DNA of 64,000 nt, taken from assembly GCA_964270895.1 (NCBI GenBank), contig OZ185441.1. One strand, given 5' to 3'. The DNA comes from Podarcis filfolensis (lineage: Eukaryota). This document shows positions 53,401 through 63,548 of this stretch, in pieces. Each line of letters begins with the position of its first letter. The stretch's first letter is position 1. The notes below the pieces were generated by a model. The model saw only the letters and a list, made by a program, of their open reading frames with translations. It was not told the origin of the DNA and did no database searches. Made by a program: the position numbers and the translations under genes.

Positions 53401-56004
53401 GAAGGTACAGTGGTACCTCGGGTTAAGAACTTGATTCGTTCTGGAGATCCGTTCTTAACCTGAAACTGTTCTTAACCTGAGGTACCACTTTAGCCAATGG
53501 GGCCTCCCGCTGCCGCCACATGATTTCTGTTCTCATCCTGAAGCAAAGTTCTTAACCCGAGGTACTATTTCTGGGTTAGCGGAGTCTGTAACCTGAAGCG
53601 TCTGTAACCCAAGATACCACTGTACTGCCAAAGCACCTTGCCTACAGTGCAGATTGAGTGGCTCACTTGCTTGCATCTGACAGAAAACTTCCCAAAGGCA
53701 TTGTACAGACCAGATATATTAGTTATGCATTGACGACTATACAATGTACAACTGAACTCACACAGTTTTGTCCTCGTGTAGATGCAGCTCTTGGGAAAGA
53801 AAATGACTATTGTCTTCGGGTACAATCCAAAGACAGACTCATGTAAGTTCCGATGAGTCAGAACTGAAGCAAAACATCACATAAATCATTCTATGCTGGG
53901 TCCTATGAACTCCAGATGGAGTTTGTTGCCTCCATCTCATTGCAGCCTCCCGATCCTGACATCCAAAGACCCTTAGGAATGGTGTGATATGAGACATGGA
54001 GTGGTCACAGCTGGAGGGGACCAGCAAAAATAAGGACAGCCTTGTCTGGTGAGCAGGAGCTCCTTCAGTTTACACAAGCCATCCGTTGGATCAAATCCAC
54101 TGCCTTCATTTGATGTATTTTAGTGGGACTTGGGTACACCTAGCATTCTGTGCATTGTGTCTCTTTTATTTGCAAACCATCACTCTCCACTTCCAGCCAC
54201 TTAGGCACTAAAAGAGAAAAGAAATTATCAAGATGGAAAAGTTTGACAAAAGTCACCACTAAAACTAAGTACTTACTTAATCACTTCCTCTGTCTAAAAA
54301 TCCAGGAATGTGGTGGGTTGGTGTCAACTGTGTTTTGCCCCTAAAAAATGTTAACTATAGTTGTTTAGGAAGGCTTTGCCTCTTTCTCAGTGTTAAAAAG
54401 AGTAACCAGAATAGTTGGGTGGAAACACACACTTTCTAAACAACAGATACATTTTTTATCTTGATCAATGTGGAGCCAGAAGCAAAATGGCAGTAATAAA
54501 TGCCAGGGGCCAGGTTGTGATCTGAGAACACATGAAAGAAACCTCCACCTTTTAAAAACTAAGCCAGTGCAGGAGATGGGTGCCTCCTGCCAGGGAACAC
54601 GGAGAACAGAAATACCAAGAGCCAGTGTTGCTTCTCCTTTATGATTGCAAAAAGGATTTCTTTGGGGTCTATTTGCCTCCACAACGAAAGGCAACAGCAG
54701 ACTCTCCTGGAACTCCGGCTGTTATGTACATAAAGCTGGAAGGCTGGTGCCTTGAGGTTTTAGCCTCAGAAGACCTGTACCAATTAACAGTTCAATAGGC
54801 ACTTGGAGAGCCTGAAAGTGAATGAGCCTTGCATACCCTGGAACTTTTCAGGACAAGGCAGGGAAAGTTAGGGAGATCTGCTGAGGATCAAACACCATGC
54901 TCTGTACTAGACACAACAAAACCAGGGCTGTGGAGAGCCAGCCAGGGAAATAAGGCTTGTCAGAACAGCGGGAGCAGCAAGGGAACACACCGAAACCATG
55001 AGCGACAGTAAGCAAAGCAACAGGTTAATTTGCATTTTAAAATAGCCTAAAACCCAGCTACCACTTGCAATATGTTTGGGAAGCACCAAGTCAGCCTGGC
55101 TGTTTACCAACCGGATCCTATTTCTAACAGCCATCTGGGAGTAAAGTTAAAAGCAGCACTGATTTCAATAAAGTCATTTTGAAGTCACTAGGTCAAAGTA
55201 AACCAGAGGGTAAACCTTCTGTCCTGAGTTCAAACGATGACCGCTGCATCAATGTAAGAGCGGTGAGCAGGGATGGTCCTATTTTAAAGCCTTCTCCTTT
55301 ACTATGCGAAACTACTAGGAATGAGGAAAGCAGAAGGTAGCACCATCGCGTTGAGGAGGCGCGCATCAGCAAGGGCAGGCGGAGGCTCATTCAAGCTTAC
55401 CTGGAATCCAAGCCTTGAGATCTCAGTCCCAGGTAGCAACTGGGTTGAGGGAGGGGTGGCGCTTTGCACATGGACAGCGGCAGTCGTGTTCTTTCCCCTG
55501 CCCCCTGCAAAGGAGCTCTGACCCAAGCTGCGATGGGGCAGGAAGGGCGAGACCCGTTAGGGGTTAGGCTGTTCTCCGCTTACCTGAATGCCTGGAAGAG
55601 GTGAAGAACCGGGGTGCCTGCGCGCCCGCTCGCTCCCTGGAGGAGGACGACGAAGACGACGAGATCACTCTGGCTTCTCGATCCACCGAGGCGGAGGAGT
55701 AAAGGGCGCCGCCGGTCGTGTAGCGCCGAGCGATGACCCGTTCCGCCCCCAAGGGGTGAAAAGGCGCCTGGTGCTGAGGGCGGCTGTGGCCGCTGCCCCT
55801 CTCGCGAAGGGCTTTGAGCAAGAGTTCCAGCAGCGCCTTCCTGTCCGCCGCCGCCGGGCTCTGGAGGTCCCGGGTCTTGTTCTTGGCGGCGGCGGCGCCC
55901 TCGGCTCTGGGCGCCCGTCCTGAGGTGAAGAGCAGGAAGAAGAAGAGGGCAGGCAGCGCGTGGTAGCGGCGGCGGCGGCGGCGGCATGGCTTGGCCCCTT
56001 GCAT
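28216..56004 (-). CDS. ALKAL1: ALK and LTK ligand 1 (augmentor-beta/FAM150A); spliced CDS join(55584..56004,30020..30073,28956..29036,28216..28280), 621 nt, 206 aa
   Basis: All introns are GT-AG and phase 1. The spliced C-terminus [66 protein letters not shown] matches the recalled human ALKAL1 domain much better than ALKAL2 and has the 4 conserved Cys. The N-terminus carries a signal peptide. Confidence 0.95.
28956..29036 (-). CDS. ALKAL1: ALKAL1 coding exon 3 ([27 protein letters not shown])
   Basis: 81 nt; acceptor caaacAG, donor GTAAG. Confidence 0.97.
30020..30073 (-). CDS. ALKAL1: ALKAL1 coding exon 2 ([18 protein letters not shown])
   Basis: 54 nt; acceptor ttttcctccccAG, donor GTAAG. 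Confidence 0.97.
30145..30184. repeat. (AG)n microsatellite near the 3' end of ALKAL1 intron 1
   Basis: Seen directly. Confidence 0.95.
32365..32406. repeat. (TG)n microsatellite
   Basis: Seen directly. Confidence 0.95.
35480..35680 (+). mobile_element. Old Penelope GIY-YIG C-terminal fragment
   Basis: Translates [32 protein letters not shown], resembling the conserved PLE motif [13 protein letters not shown]. Confidence 0.7.
37370..37571. mobile_element. Tc1/mariner-type MITE, partial
   Basis: Ends in gaggtaccactg-TA, like the full copies at 40.1 and 53.4 kb. Confidence 0.55.
38015..38794 (+). mobile_element. RTE-clade LINE 3' portion
   Basis: Peptide [67 protein letters not shown]; short (AAG)n tail. 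Confidence 0.85.
38891..39041 (-). mobile_element. Short SINE: tRNA(Ile)-like head plus CR1 3' tail (POM-SINE/Squam2-like)
   Basis: Minus strand reads ggatagctcagttggttagagtgtgatgctgataat…caggtttgatccc (A and B boxes), then …ttccaactctacaattccatgattct. Confidence 0.7.
40114..40355 (+). mobile_element. Tc1/mariner-type MITE, complete
   Basis: TIRs CAGTGGTACCTC…GAGGTACCACTG; TA duplication at 40112-13 and 40356-57. Confidence 0.85.
44542..44883 (+). mobile_element. Sauria SINE, near full length, young
   Basis: Full body with (accttt)n tail; 8-bp TSD ACTAGTCA (44534-41, 44884-91). Confidence 0.92.
46690..47350 (+). mobile_element. Old L2 3' end interrupted by a Sauria SINE
   Basis: L2 tail gttggaagctgcccagagcggctgggg…gggtataagc at ~47285-47340; degenerate upstream part. 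Boundaries are approximate. Confidence 0.5.
46879..47228 (-). mobile_element. Sauria SINE, full length, young
   Basis: Reverse complement is about 95% identical (hand count) to the 44.5-kb copy. 18-bp TSD CTTACTC(G/C)CTGTATTAGG at 46861-78 and 47229-46. Confidence 0.93.
47880..48128 (+). mobile_element. RTE-clade LINE 3' end (old)
   Basis: Peptide [22 protein letters not shown] is a degenerate C-terminal C2H2-like motif of RTE ORF2. Confidence 0.6.
53408..53622 (-). mobile_element. Tc1/mariner-type MITE, complete; same family as 40114-40355, opposite orientation
   Basis: TIRs with TA flanks at 53406-07 and 53623-24; internal sequence is the reverse complement of the 40.1-kb copy. Confidence 0.85.
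55584..56004 (-). CDS. ALKAL1: ALKAL1 coding exon 1 (signal peptide plus long variable region, 140 codons)
   Basis: ATG at 56004 (gagATG). Hydrophobic stretch [13 protein letters not shown]. Donor TCAG|GTAAGC at 55584/55583 is phase 1 and in frame with exon 2. Confidence 0.88.
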
Positions 56005-56614
56005 CTCTCGGCCTCCTGAGGGGAAAGAGAGCGAGGCGGCGAAGGCAGCGCTCGGCGGTTAGCTCCTGCTGCTGCTGCTGCTGCCCCTTCCCGCCCTCAG
56101 CTCCCGCCTCATCGTGGGGCTGGCACTGGCCGCGCAGTCTGGGGCTCGAGCGGAGGGACGACACGCCGAGCCCCGCGAGCGCGAGGCCGCTCTGGGCGGC
56201 GGGTTGGTCGCTGCTGCTTGCGGGCGCGCCAAAGGCACGTGTCGCGGTGGCCGCGCCGGGGAGAGAAAGTAGGGCGTCCGCGCGGCGGCGGCGGAGGCTG
56301 CTTCCCAGAGGCTGGAGCCCTAGCTCCTCTCGGCTTGGCCGCTGCGAGGGGTGTCAGGCCAGCTCCCCGGGCGCGCGCTCCGCTAATAGTCCCAGCGGGG
56401 GCTTCGCCAGTTGCCAGCCCGGACGCTCGCTTCGCGCTCGGGTCTGTGCCCGGCGTGTGAAGGGAGGAGGAGAAGGAACACCAGGCGGAGCGGGAGGAGG
56501 AGGAGGGAGGGGCTCTTGGGGCTGTTCCCGCCGCCGCCGCGACCCCGCCCACCATCAGGCCGCCGCCGCCGCCGCCGCGGCTTCCCTTTTAGACCCCGGA
56601 GCCCTTTAGGGCAC

Positions 56615-56621
56615 ATTTATA
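56615..56621 (-). promoter_or_regulatory. TATA box (TATAAAT) of ALKAL1; predicted TSS ~56590
   Basis: Minus strand reads CTATAAATG at the upstream edge of the GCC-rich leader, with a pyrimidine-purine (TCT-A) start 31 nt downstream. Confidence 0.55.
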
Positions 56622-59600
56622 GACACGGATTATGAGGAGGGCATTAAGCAGGCCACGCATTTCGCGATCCGCGGGGCTTTAGGCGGGATTTGCCTGGCTT
56701 TCTTTCCCAAGCGCTCCTGGGGCTTTAAAGCGCTCGACGGACGAGTTTTCACTCGGAGCAGGGGGGCGCCAAATAGGGTGCGGGGGGCTACCCCCGACTT
56801 CCCTCTCCCGAAGGAGAATTTGTTAATGAATTTGTAGGAGTATCTGCTTATTTCTTACCCGGATCTTTAGGTCTGTGATCAAATATGGGACTCCACACAC
56901 ACATTGCTCGGGTTATCTCTCTCCGGGGCGCGCCGTTGCACCAACGTTGCGCGCACCTCGAAAGTGATTCTATGGGGCGGGCTAGTTATTTGTTTGTTTG
57001 TTTTCAACACTGCACAACGCCTGGATTTTCTACCCCAGTTTATTGATTTCCCCCACCATGGAATATGGCAATTTGAAAGGATTTGTAATTTGACATCTTT
57101 TCTAGAATGGGCACCCAGGACATGGAGGATTCGTCCGAGGTGCCGTTCAAAATCTAACTCCAGGACTTGGAAGCAGCAACCTGATTTCGATTTTTAAGCA
57201 TCTCTGTTCAAACCTATTAAGAAATTACACCCTTAACCCAAAATTATATTCAGAAGCCAAAGTCTCTCTTTCTCTCTCCCTCAAACACAGCTAAAATCTT
57301 TTGCATCGCGAAATACTATATTCTCAATTTTTTTTAGCCCTTCCGGAAAATTCCTTGGTCGTTCCTTTTTTTGTTTTTGTTTGTTTTAACAGTGTAATCC
57401 TATGCTTGTCTACTCGAAAATAAACCCTAGGGAATAAAATGGGGCTTGGTCGAAGTGTTTGCAAAATTGCAGGTTTAATATCCCTCCGCCTCTATCATCG
57501 ACGGCAACTACAATATTTGGCTTCGTAATCTGTCTTTATAGGGTGGGGTTTTTCTTCAAGCTCTGATTTGGGTGGTCTTACGCCTACACCCACCCATACC
57601 TCTACCGCTTTAAATCCAGCCCTGCCCATTCTGCTGAGTGGGGCCCTGGGCTACCTTCCCGAGGACACCCATGTTTTAGACCCCCTCGGAAAAAGAGAGA
57701 AGAGATTGGAAACCCGACCACGAAGGGACTCGGGCTCCCGAGCTCGGTACTTTATCCCCCTAAGTAAGCTCTCCAAATATAGCGAACAATTAGGATTAAG
57801 GGAGGGAGAATATTAATTCAGTTATTCACAAACCCACTTCTTTGGGTTCTGTCTCTTCCAACTCCCTTTCACCCAGTGTTGTCTTTGGGGGGGGAGGGAA
57901 ATCTAACGGGGGGGGACACAGAAACACCCACCCGGTGGTCGTAGCGTCTGCACAAATGCAAACTTCTTCCATTCGCCTTCCTCCTTGGCAGGTGCATCGC
58001 CTGGGAAGCGATTTCACTGTTCCTTCATACCTCCCACCCCCGAGGGCACCCTGATTCATTTCAAGCAGAAATATACTAGTAGACCCTAGTAAACCCAGTA
58101 AACCATAGTAAACCCTCAGTAATACTCAAGGGGCCCCCGTCCATTCACAACAACGTTGAGAGACCTGCCTAAAGCCTGTCGTGAGTCTTTTCAGGGGCGA
58201 GGAAAGGACTTTACCGTGCCAAAGTTGCCTCTTCGGTCCTGCGACTTCCCCGCTTGGAGGCTGGTCTGCGATCCGTAAAAACTGCGTCCTGGGCGTCGCG
58301 TCGCAGCCGTCGGAATTGGCTGCCATACACCTGGCTTATATAGTTCCGCCTCAGCCAGTTCGCTGGAGTGCTATCGACTTTAGGTGGGTGGAAGGCAACG
58401 AAGTCTTCTCTTAATCATTCTTATTCGGCTCAACGAGGGTCTCCCCCCTCCCTCCTTTTCCTGACAAACTTCCTCCTCCCCACTTTTTTTTCCTCCCCTG
58501 AGGACGCAGGTTCAAACTCATGGAGATGACTCCCCTCCGCTACTTGTGAAATGAGATTGTCGCCCAGATTAGAGGATGCTCAGAGCTCATATATCCGAGC
58601 GCTTTGCTTTCTTAGGTTAGTGGGATTCCCTAGCATTGACGTATGGGGGGGGATGACCGGAGTGGGTGGGTGAGACACGCAGCAGGAAAAGTATTTTTCC
58701 TCCTAGAAACTGAATTGAGAGTGAAAGACCTTCTTCATTTCAAAGGACAGGTTGTGTATAAATTGCTCAAAACTAACCGTGAGTTGATCTTGGGAGAAAG
58801 GGGGGGGGGACGACACAGTAAAGTTAGCATCAAAAGGGAGAACAAAAAAATTGAGCCTATTCAAAGTTTTATCTATGGCTGCAGAATGCAGACACACCAT
58901 TTATTCAAAGTACACTCCCCCCCACCACCCCGCGCCCCCCACAAAAAAAGAATAATGGGAGATGTAGTTTATCCTTCACAGGACTACAACTTCCAGCACC
59001 CAAAACTACAGTTCCCATGATTCTTTGTAGGACAGGGATTTATTTAGAATGCACTTTAAATGTATAGTGTGAAGTGACAATAAAATATCTTATGACACCC
59101 TCACAATAATTCATTCAATCAACCATGCTGGTGTAAGGGAAGCAGAATGGCCTCAGTCCAAGGAAAGCATTTTAAACCCACCAAAGTCAATGGGCTTTGA
59201 ATATAATTTAAAATGTCTGCAAAATAAAAACAAGAAAATGTTTTTTTTTATGCACAGAATCAATTGTTTTGACACGGCCCTGCTTTGAAAATAAGAGAAA
59301 GAGTCACTTTCCCACCATAGTGTTTACTGCTGCAAGAGAGCATTGGGACAAAGTTTTTAATGAGATCCAAAAACGAATGGGGTTGTGGTCCAAAAAGATC
59401 CAAGCATATGTGTGCCTACTCAGAAATAATTCTCATTAAATGCAATGGGACTTATTCTTAGGGAGTGAGCTTTAAGATGTGCTCCTTTGTCCTCCCCGTC
59501 CCCCACTTTCCCCATCCCTCTTCCTCCTCATTTTGGCTCTTGCAGGTTCTGCCACATTTTCCCAGCAGCGTACTGGATGTGTGGGAGAATGTTTTTTTGA

Positions 59601-61113
59601 AAATGGGGCTACGGAAACATTGATCTGTATCCCTCTGAAACATGACATCTATCTGAGCAAAATCATTCGCTACTAGGGGTATCAACAATGTCAGGATACT
59701 TTTGGTAGAAGTGTTAGAAAGCTGATATTTAGTATATACATAGTCCCAACGCACCTCCATCTCATTTTGCTCCAACAGGAATTTACGGTAATGTGAATGA
59801 TCCCGCATTTTAGAGGAAGGCCTCATCCAGACTGGAGTCTGATGTGACGTTGAAGCTGCTTAGGTCACTATTCTCTTTTGTGGTTTACACATGGTGTCTT
59901 CTTCCTCAGTGGTACCTCCCACTTACCTCCCACCCCCCTCACAGATAATCCAGTAAGGGGAGAAAGTCTGATATAAAATTGCACATTACATGACAGTGGA
60001 TGTACTGAAGCACATTGTATGGTCCCCCCCCCAAAAAAAGCGTAGTGCTGCTTTACTGACTGCACCACCTGCTAGATACGGCATTTCCGTGCACTGCATC
60101 CTTTCCCACCAGTTGCTTTATCTTTATAATTAAAACCACTTTTTGTGCAGAATGGCAGTTCCACAAAGCAACTGTATTAAAAGCAAAAAATAAAATGTGC
60201 CCATGCAAGTACAGGAGGCAAGAAAAGGAAAGCAGAAAGGAAATGAAGAAGCAGCCTCTCATGCCAATAATTTCAAATGATTGCCTGGATTTTTAACATT
60301 ACTGCTCATTGGTGCAAATTTGCTATATTGAAAAACTTGTAGAGGAATGATTGTTACAATTATTGGACTTAGCTGAGATGGCAAAGGTGACATGCTTAAT
60401 CAGGGATAAATCATTGTTAATATTTAGTAAAGATTGGAAACTCCTTATAGACTTTTTGCAAAGAAAAAGAAAATGAACCTATGATATCTGGGTTTGAGGA
60501 TTGAATAAAATATTGGTTTATAGTAAGTGAAATTGTTGGGTGTTATCTTGGAGTGGATCTTTTGAATAATTTTCTATATGTAGCTGACAGATGAAGAATC
60601 AGAAGTTCACATTTTCTTCTTTTCTTCCTTTCCTTTTTCCCCTCTTCCTTTTTCTCACCTTTTCTTTTCTTTTCCTCCTTTTGGTTTGTGCTTTTATTTA
60701 GATCAGCTTCTTTTATCTTTGATAAAAAGATATTGGATAGTAACCTTTATATATTTTCTTTCAAACTTTAATAAAAAAATTATTGGGGAAAAACCTTGCA
60801 TTTCACATATGAAAGGTGCATACACACAAGTAAACAAATACCTGCATGCACACCCACAATTGACTTATAGGTGTCCTTGCTTGGGGTAGCACCCACACAT
60901 TTTTTTTACTGCTCTTTTGTGCAAATCTGGTACATAGAAAAATGTATCAGCTTGTACTACCAGCAGCTCCCAAAGATTGCTTACAAGGGAACACAGCTGA
61001 GAAAGGTTCCCAACCCCTGCCTTAAAAACCTGAAGGATAAAAAGACAAGCCATGGGGTGAGGCTGAGTGAGGCCACCTTTTAGGATCAGCCTCACTCAGT
61101 TTCACAACATACA

Positions 61114-61320
61114 GGGAGAGCTGTAGCTCTGTGGTAGAGCATCTACTTTGCATGCAGTATGTCTGCAGTTCAGTCCCCAGCACCTCCAGGTAGGAGTGGG
61201 AGAGAGGGCTATCTGAAGTCCTGGGGAGCTGTTTCCACTCAGTGTAGACAATACTGAGCCAGCTACTATACTGAACCACCACTTGTCTTATACGGTATAA
61301 GGCAGCATCCTGTGTTCCTA
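61114..61320 (+). mobile_element. tRNA(Ala)-like-head SINE (Squam3-like)
   Basis: ggagagctgtagctctgtggtagagcatctactttgcatgcag…cagttcagtcccc head; 3' end gtataaggcagcatcctgtgttcct. Confidence 0.65.
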
Positions 61321-61408
61321 GGACAACCATCCCTGCTGCAGACCAATTTACATCAACCAGTGAAAGCTTCAGAAAGAAAGAAAAGTGTACGTGTGCATCC
61401 TGTGTATT

Positions 61409-61545
61409 AGAATCATAGAATTGTAGAGTTGGAAGGGAACATGAGGGTCCAAACCCCTGTAATGCAGGAATCTTTTCCCCAATGTGGGGCTCAATGTGGG
61501 ACCCTAAGATTAAGAGCCTCATGCTTTTAGCAACTGAGCTATCCT
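61409..61545 (-). mobile_element. Short SINE: tRNA(Lys)-like head plus CR1 3' tail
   Basis: Minus strand reads ggatagctcagttgctaaaagcatgaggctcttaatct…, then ttccaactctacaattctatgattct. Confidence 0.6.
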
Positions 61546-63337
61546 ACTGTCCTAAAGTATATTAGGTATTTCTGCTGGCTACACCGTTGCATATAATTAT
61601 AAGAAAGAAAGAAAGAAAGAAAGAAAGATTAAAAGTATCAAGAAATAAAGCTAGCCCACTTTCCCGTTGAATTGAATTCTATAAATTCCATAAAAGTGAG
61701 TGCATCAATGTGATCTTTTAAATGCTGTCAGTCATGCAGTGTTATGCTCGTACCAAAGAAAATTGTGACACAGGCAAGAATGTTTCTGACCACATGTACA
61801 GGATGTCACTGAAGGGTCGGCTAACTCAACCTACTTCTAGCTCCAATGAAACAACAGGAACACAGACTGTCTTGACTAAGCATATCGAGCAACTGAAAAC
61901 CCATCTATCAGTCTTGGAAATGGAAGACTCAGTTTCAAATCCTGAGTCATCAGGGTGATTTGCTGGATAACTATTGGCAAATGACCGCCTCCAACCTCAA
62001 TTTCTTGTGTATAAAAAAGGAACAATGCTGCCTGCCTCAGTTGGCTACAGTGAAGATAAAATATAAAGCTGTTTCTGTGTTAATAGAAAATGTGATTTTG
62101 AAAATGAGAAATTAAATTGAGAAGACTGGTAATGTGGGATGATCTTCCAGTGGCAAAGTTCTGATATCTAATTAATTTTCACAACGGCAGTGTGATAATC
62201 TAGATAGAGCTCATCTTTAATGTTACCAGGATCACATAAAAGGTGTTTTACTTGCAAATTCCTCTGTGTGTGAGAGAGAGAGAGGGAGGGAGGGAGGGAG
62301 GGAGAGAGAGAAATTCAAGATCTAGAAGCTGTAGCTCACACTACAATAAGTGGAATATCATAGGACTGTTGATCAAATCTGGATTATTGCTTTTAAATGC
62401 ATAATTTGGTATCTCACCTTACCATATTGATTTAAAAGGTGGGGGATATATTTTAAAATCATTGAAGTATGGGACTTCTTCAGCAAGTGACAAAAACTGC
62501 AAACAATAAACTAAGATGCAGAAAGAAAGAAAGAGGGTGGTGGAGGACAAACCTAATAGAACCATCAAAAGTCATAGATGTAGTTGAACAGATAAAGCCT
62601 AATAAAGCTGCCAGAAAGGATTTAATAATTACGGGAATACTAAAGGCACTGAGCGATGCCTGGAAGGTACGGAAAGTGAAGGTATGAACTCATTCCTAAT
62701 CAAAAGCAGATGCAACCTGGGTTGGGGAAATATGTCCCCATTGAAAAAATATCAAAGATAAATGCCCCAGACAATAATAATTTAGAGCTGAGTTTCCTGA
62801 CCCACTTTTCAGTGTGCAAAACTATTTGCTGTGGCATATGGCCTGTGCAATCTAGAGGGATAAAAAAGCTAATTTGAAACTTGTCAAAGCACTGTGCAGC
62901 TTAATCCAATACATGTTTCTTCAAAAGTCTCTACACAGCCCAATAGGAGCTTCTTCCATATAAGTACATTGGTTTCACAGTCTTTGAAGATTGCAAATTG
63001 AAGGCATATGCATCCATTTTATTATTAGGGATGTTAAAAAGGCATTGCAACATTCTGCAGATTCAACATTTGCATACTGTAGACATCACTTCCTCCTCAG
63101 TGCTGCTGTGTCATGATCTGTCAAGATTTTCCAAAACGTCTTCTTACACAGTCCATCCATGTCCTGTATCTGGACCGACTTCACACAGGCTAAAGAATAA
63201 TGCAAAGGGATGTTGAGGATAATCTCTGTAGCCTCCAATATTGTAATTATTATTATTCACCCAAAGATTCCAGGGCAAGTTACAACAATTAAAACATTAA
63301 TATTAGAACACAATATTACACAGTACTAAAAACAGTT

Positions 63338-63548
63338 ACAGATAGGTAGCCGTGTTGGTCTGCCATAGTCAAAACAAAAAAATATTTTTTTCCTTCCAGT
63401 AGCACCTTAAAGACCAACTAAGTTAGTTCTTGGTATGAGCTTTCGTGTGCATGCACACTGAAGTGTGCATGGACACGAAAGCTCATACCAAGAACTAACT
63501 TAGTTGGTCTTTAAGGTGCTACTGGAAGGAAAAAAATATTTTTTTGTT
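63338..63548. mobile_element. Penelope-derived inverted (fold-back) insertion
   Basis: Two inverted copies of the PLE end also seen at 7.2 kb; 16-bp TSD AGTACTAAAAACAGTT (63322-37, 63549-64). Confidence 0.85.

Larger units (their letters stand above)
55350..56950. promoter_or_regulatory. CpG island covering the ALKAL1 promoter and exon 1
   Basis: Very GC- and CpG-dense, with (GCC)n and (GCT)n runs, against an AT-rich, CpG-depleted background. Confidence 0.9.

Noticed and set aside
55986-56609. 207-aa + strand ORF and other ORFs overlapping the CpG island
   Set aside because: Low-complexity Arg/Ala/Gly/Pro products are expected from stop-poor GC-rich DNA antisense to ALKAL1 exon 1; no recognisable domain.
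62284-62303. (GGGA)5 G-quadruplex-forming repeat, and the pyrimidine tract at ~60612-60682
   Set aside because: Common simple repeats with no contextual evidence of function.
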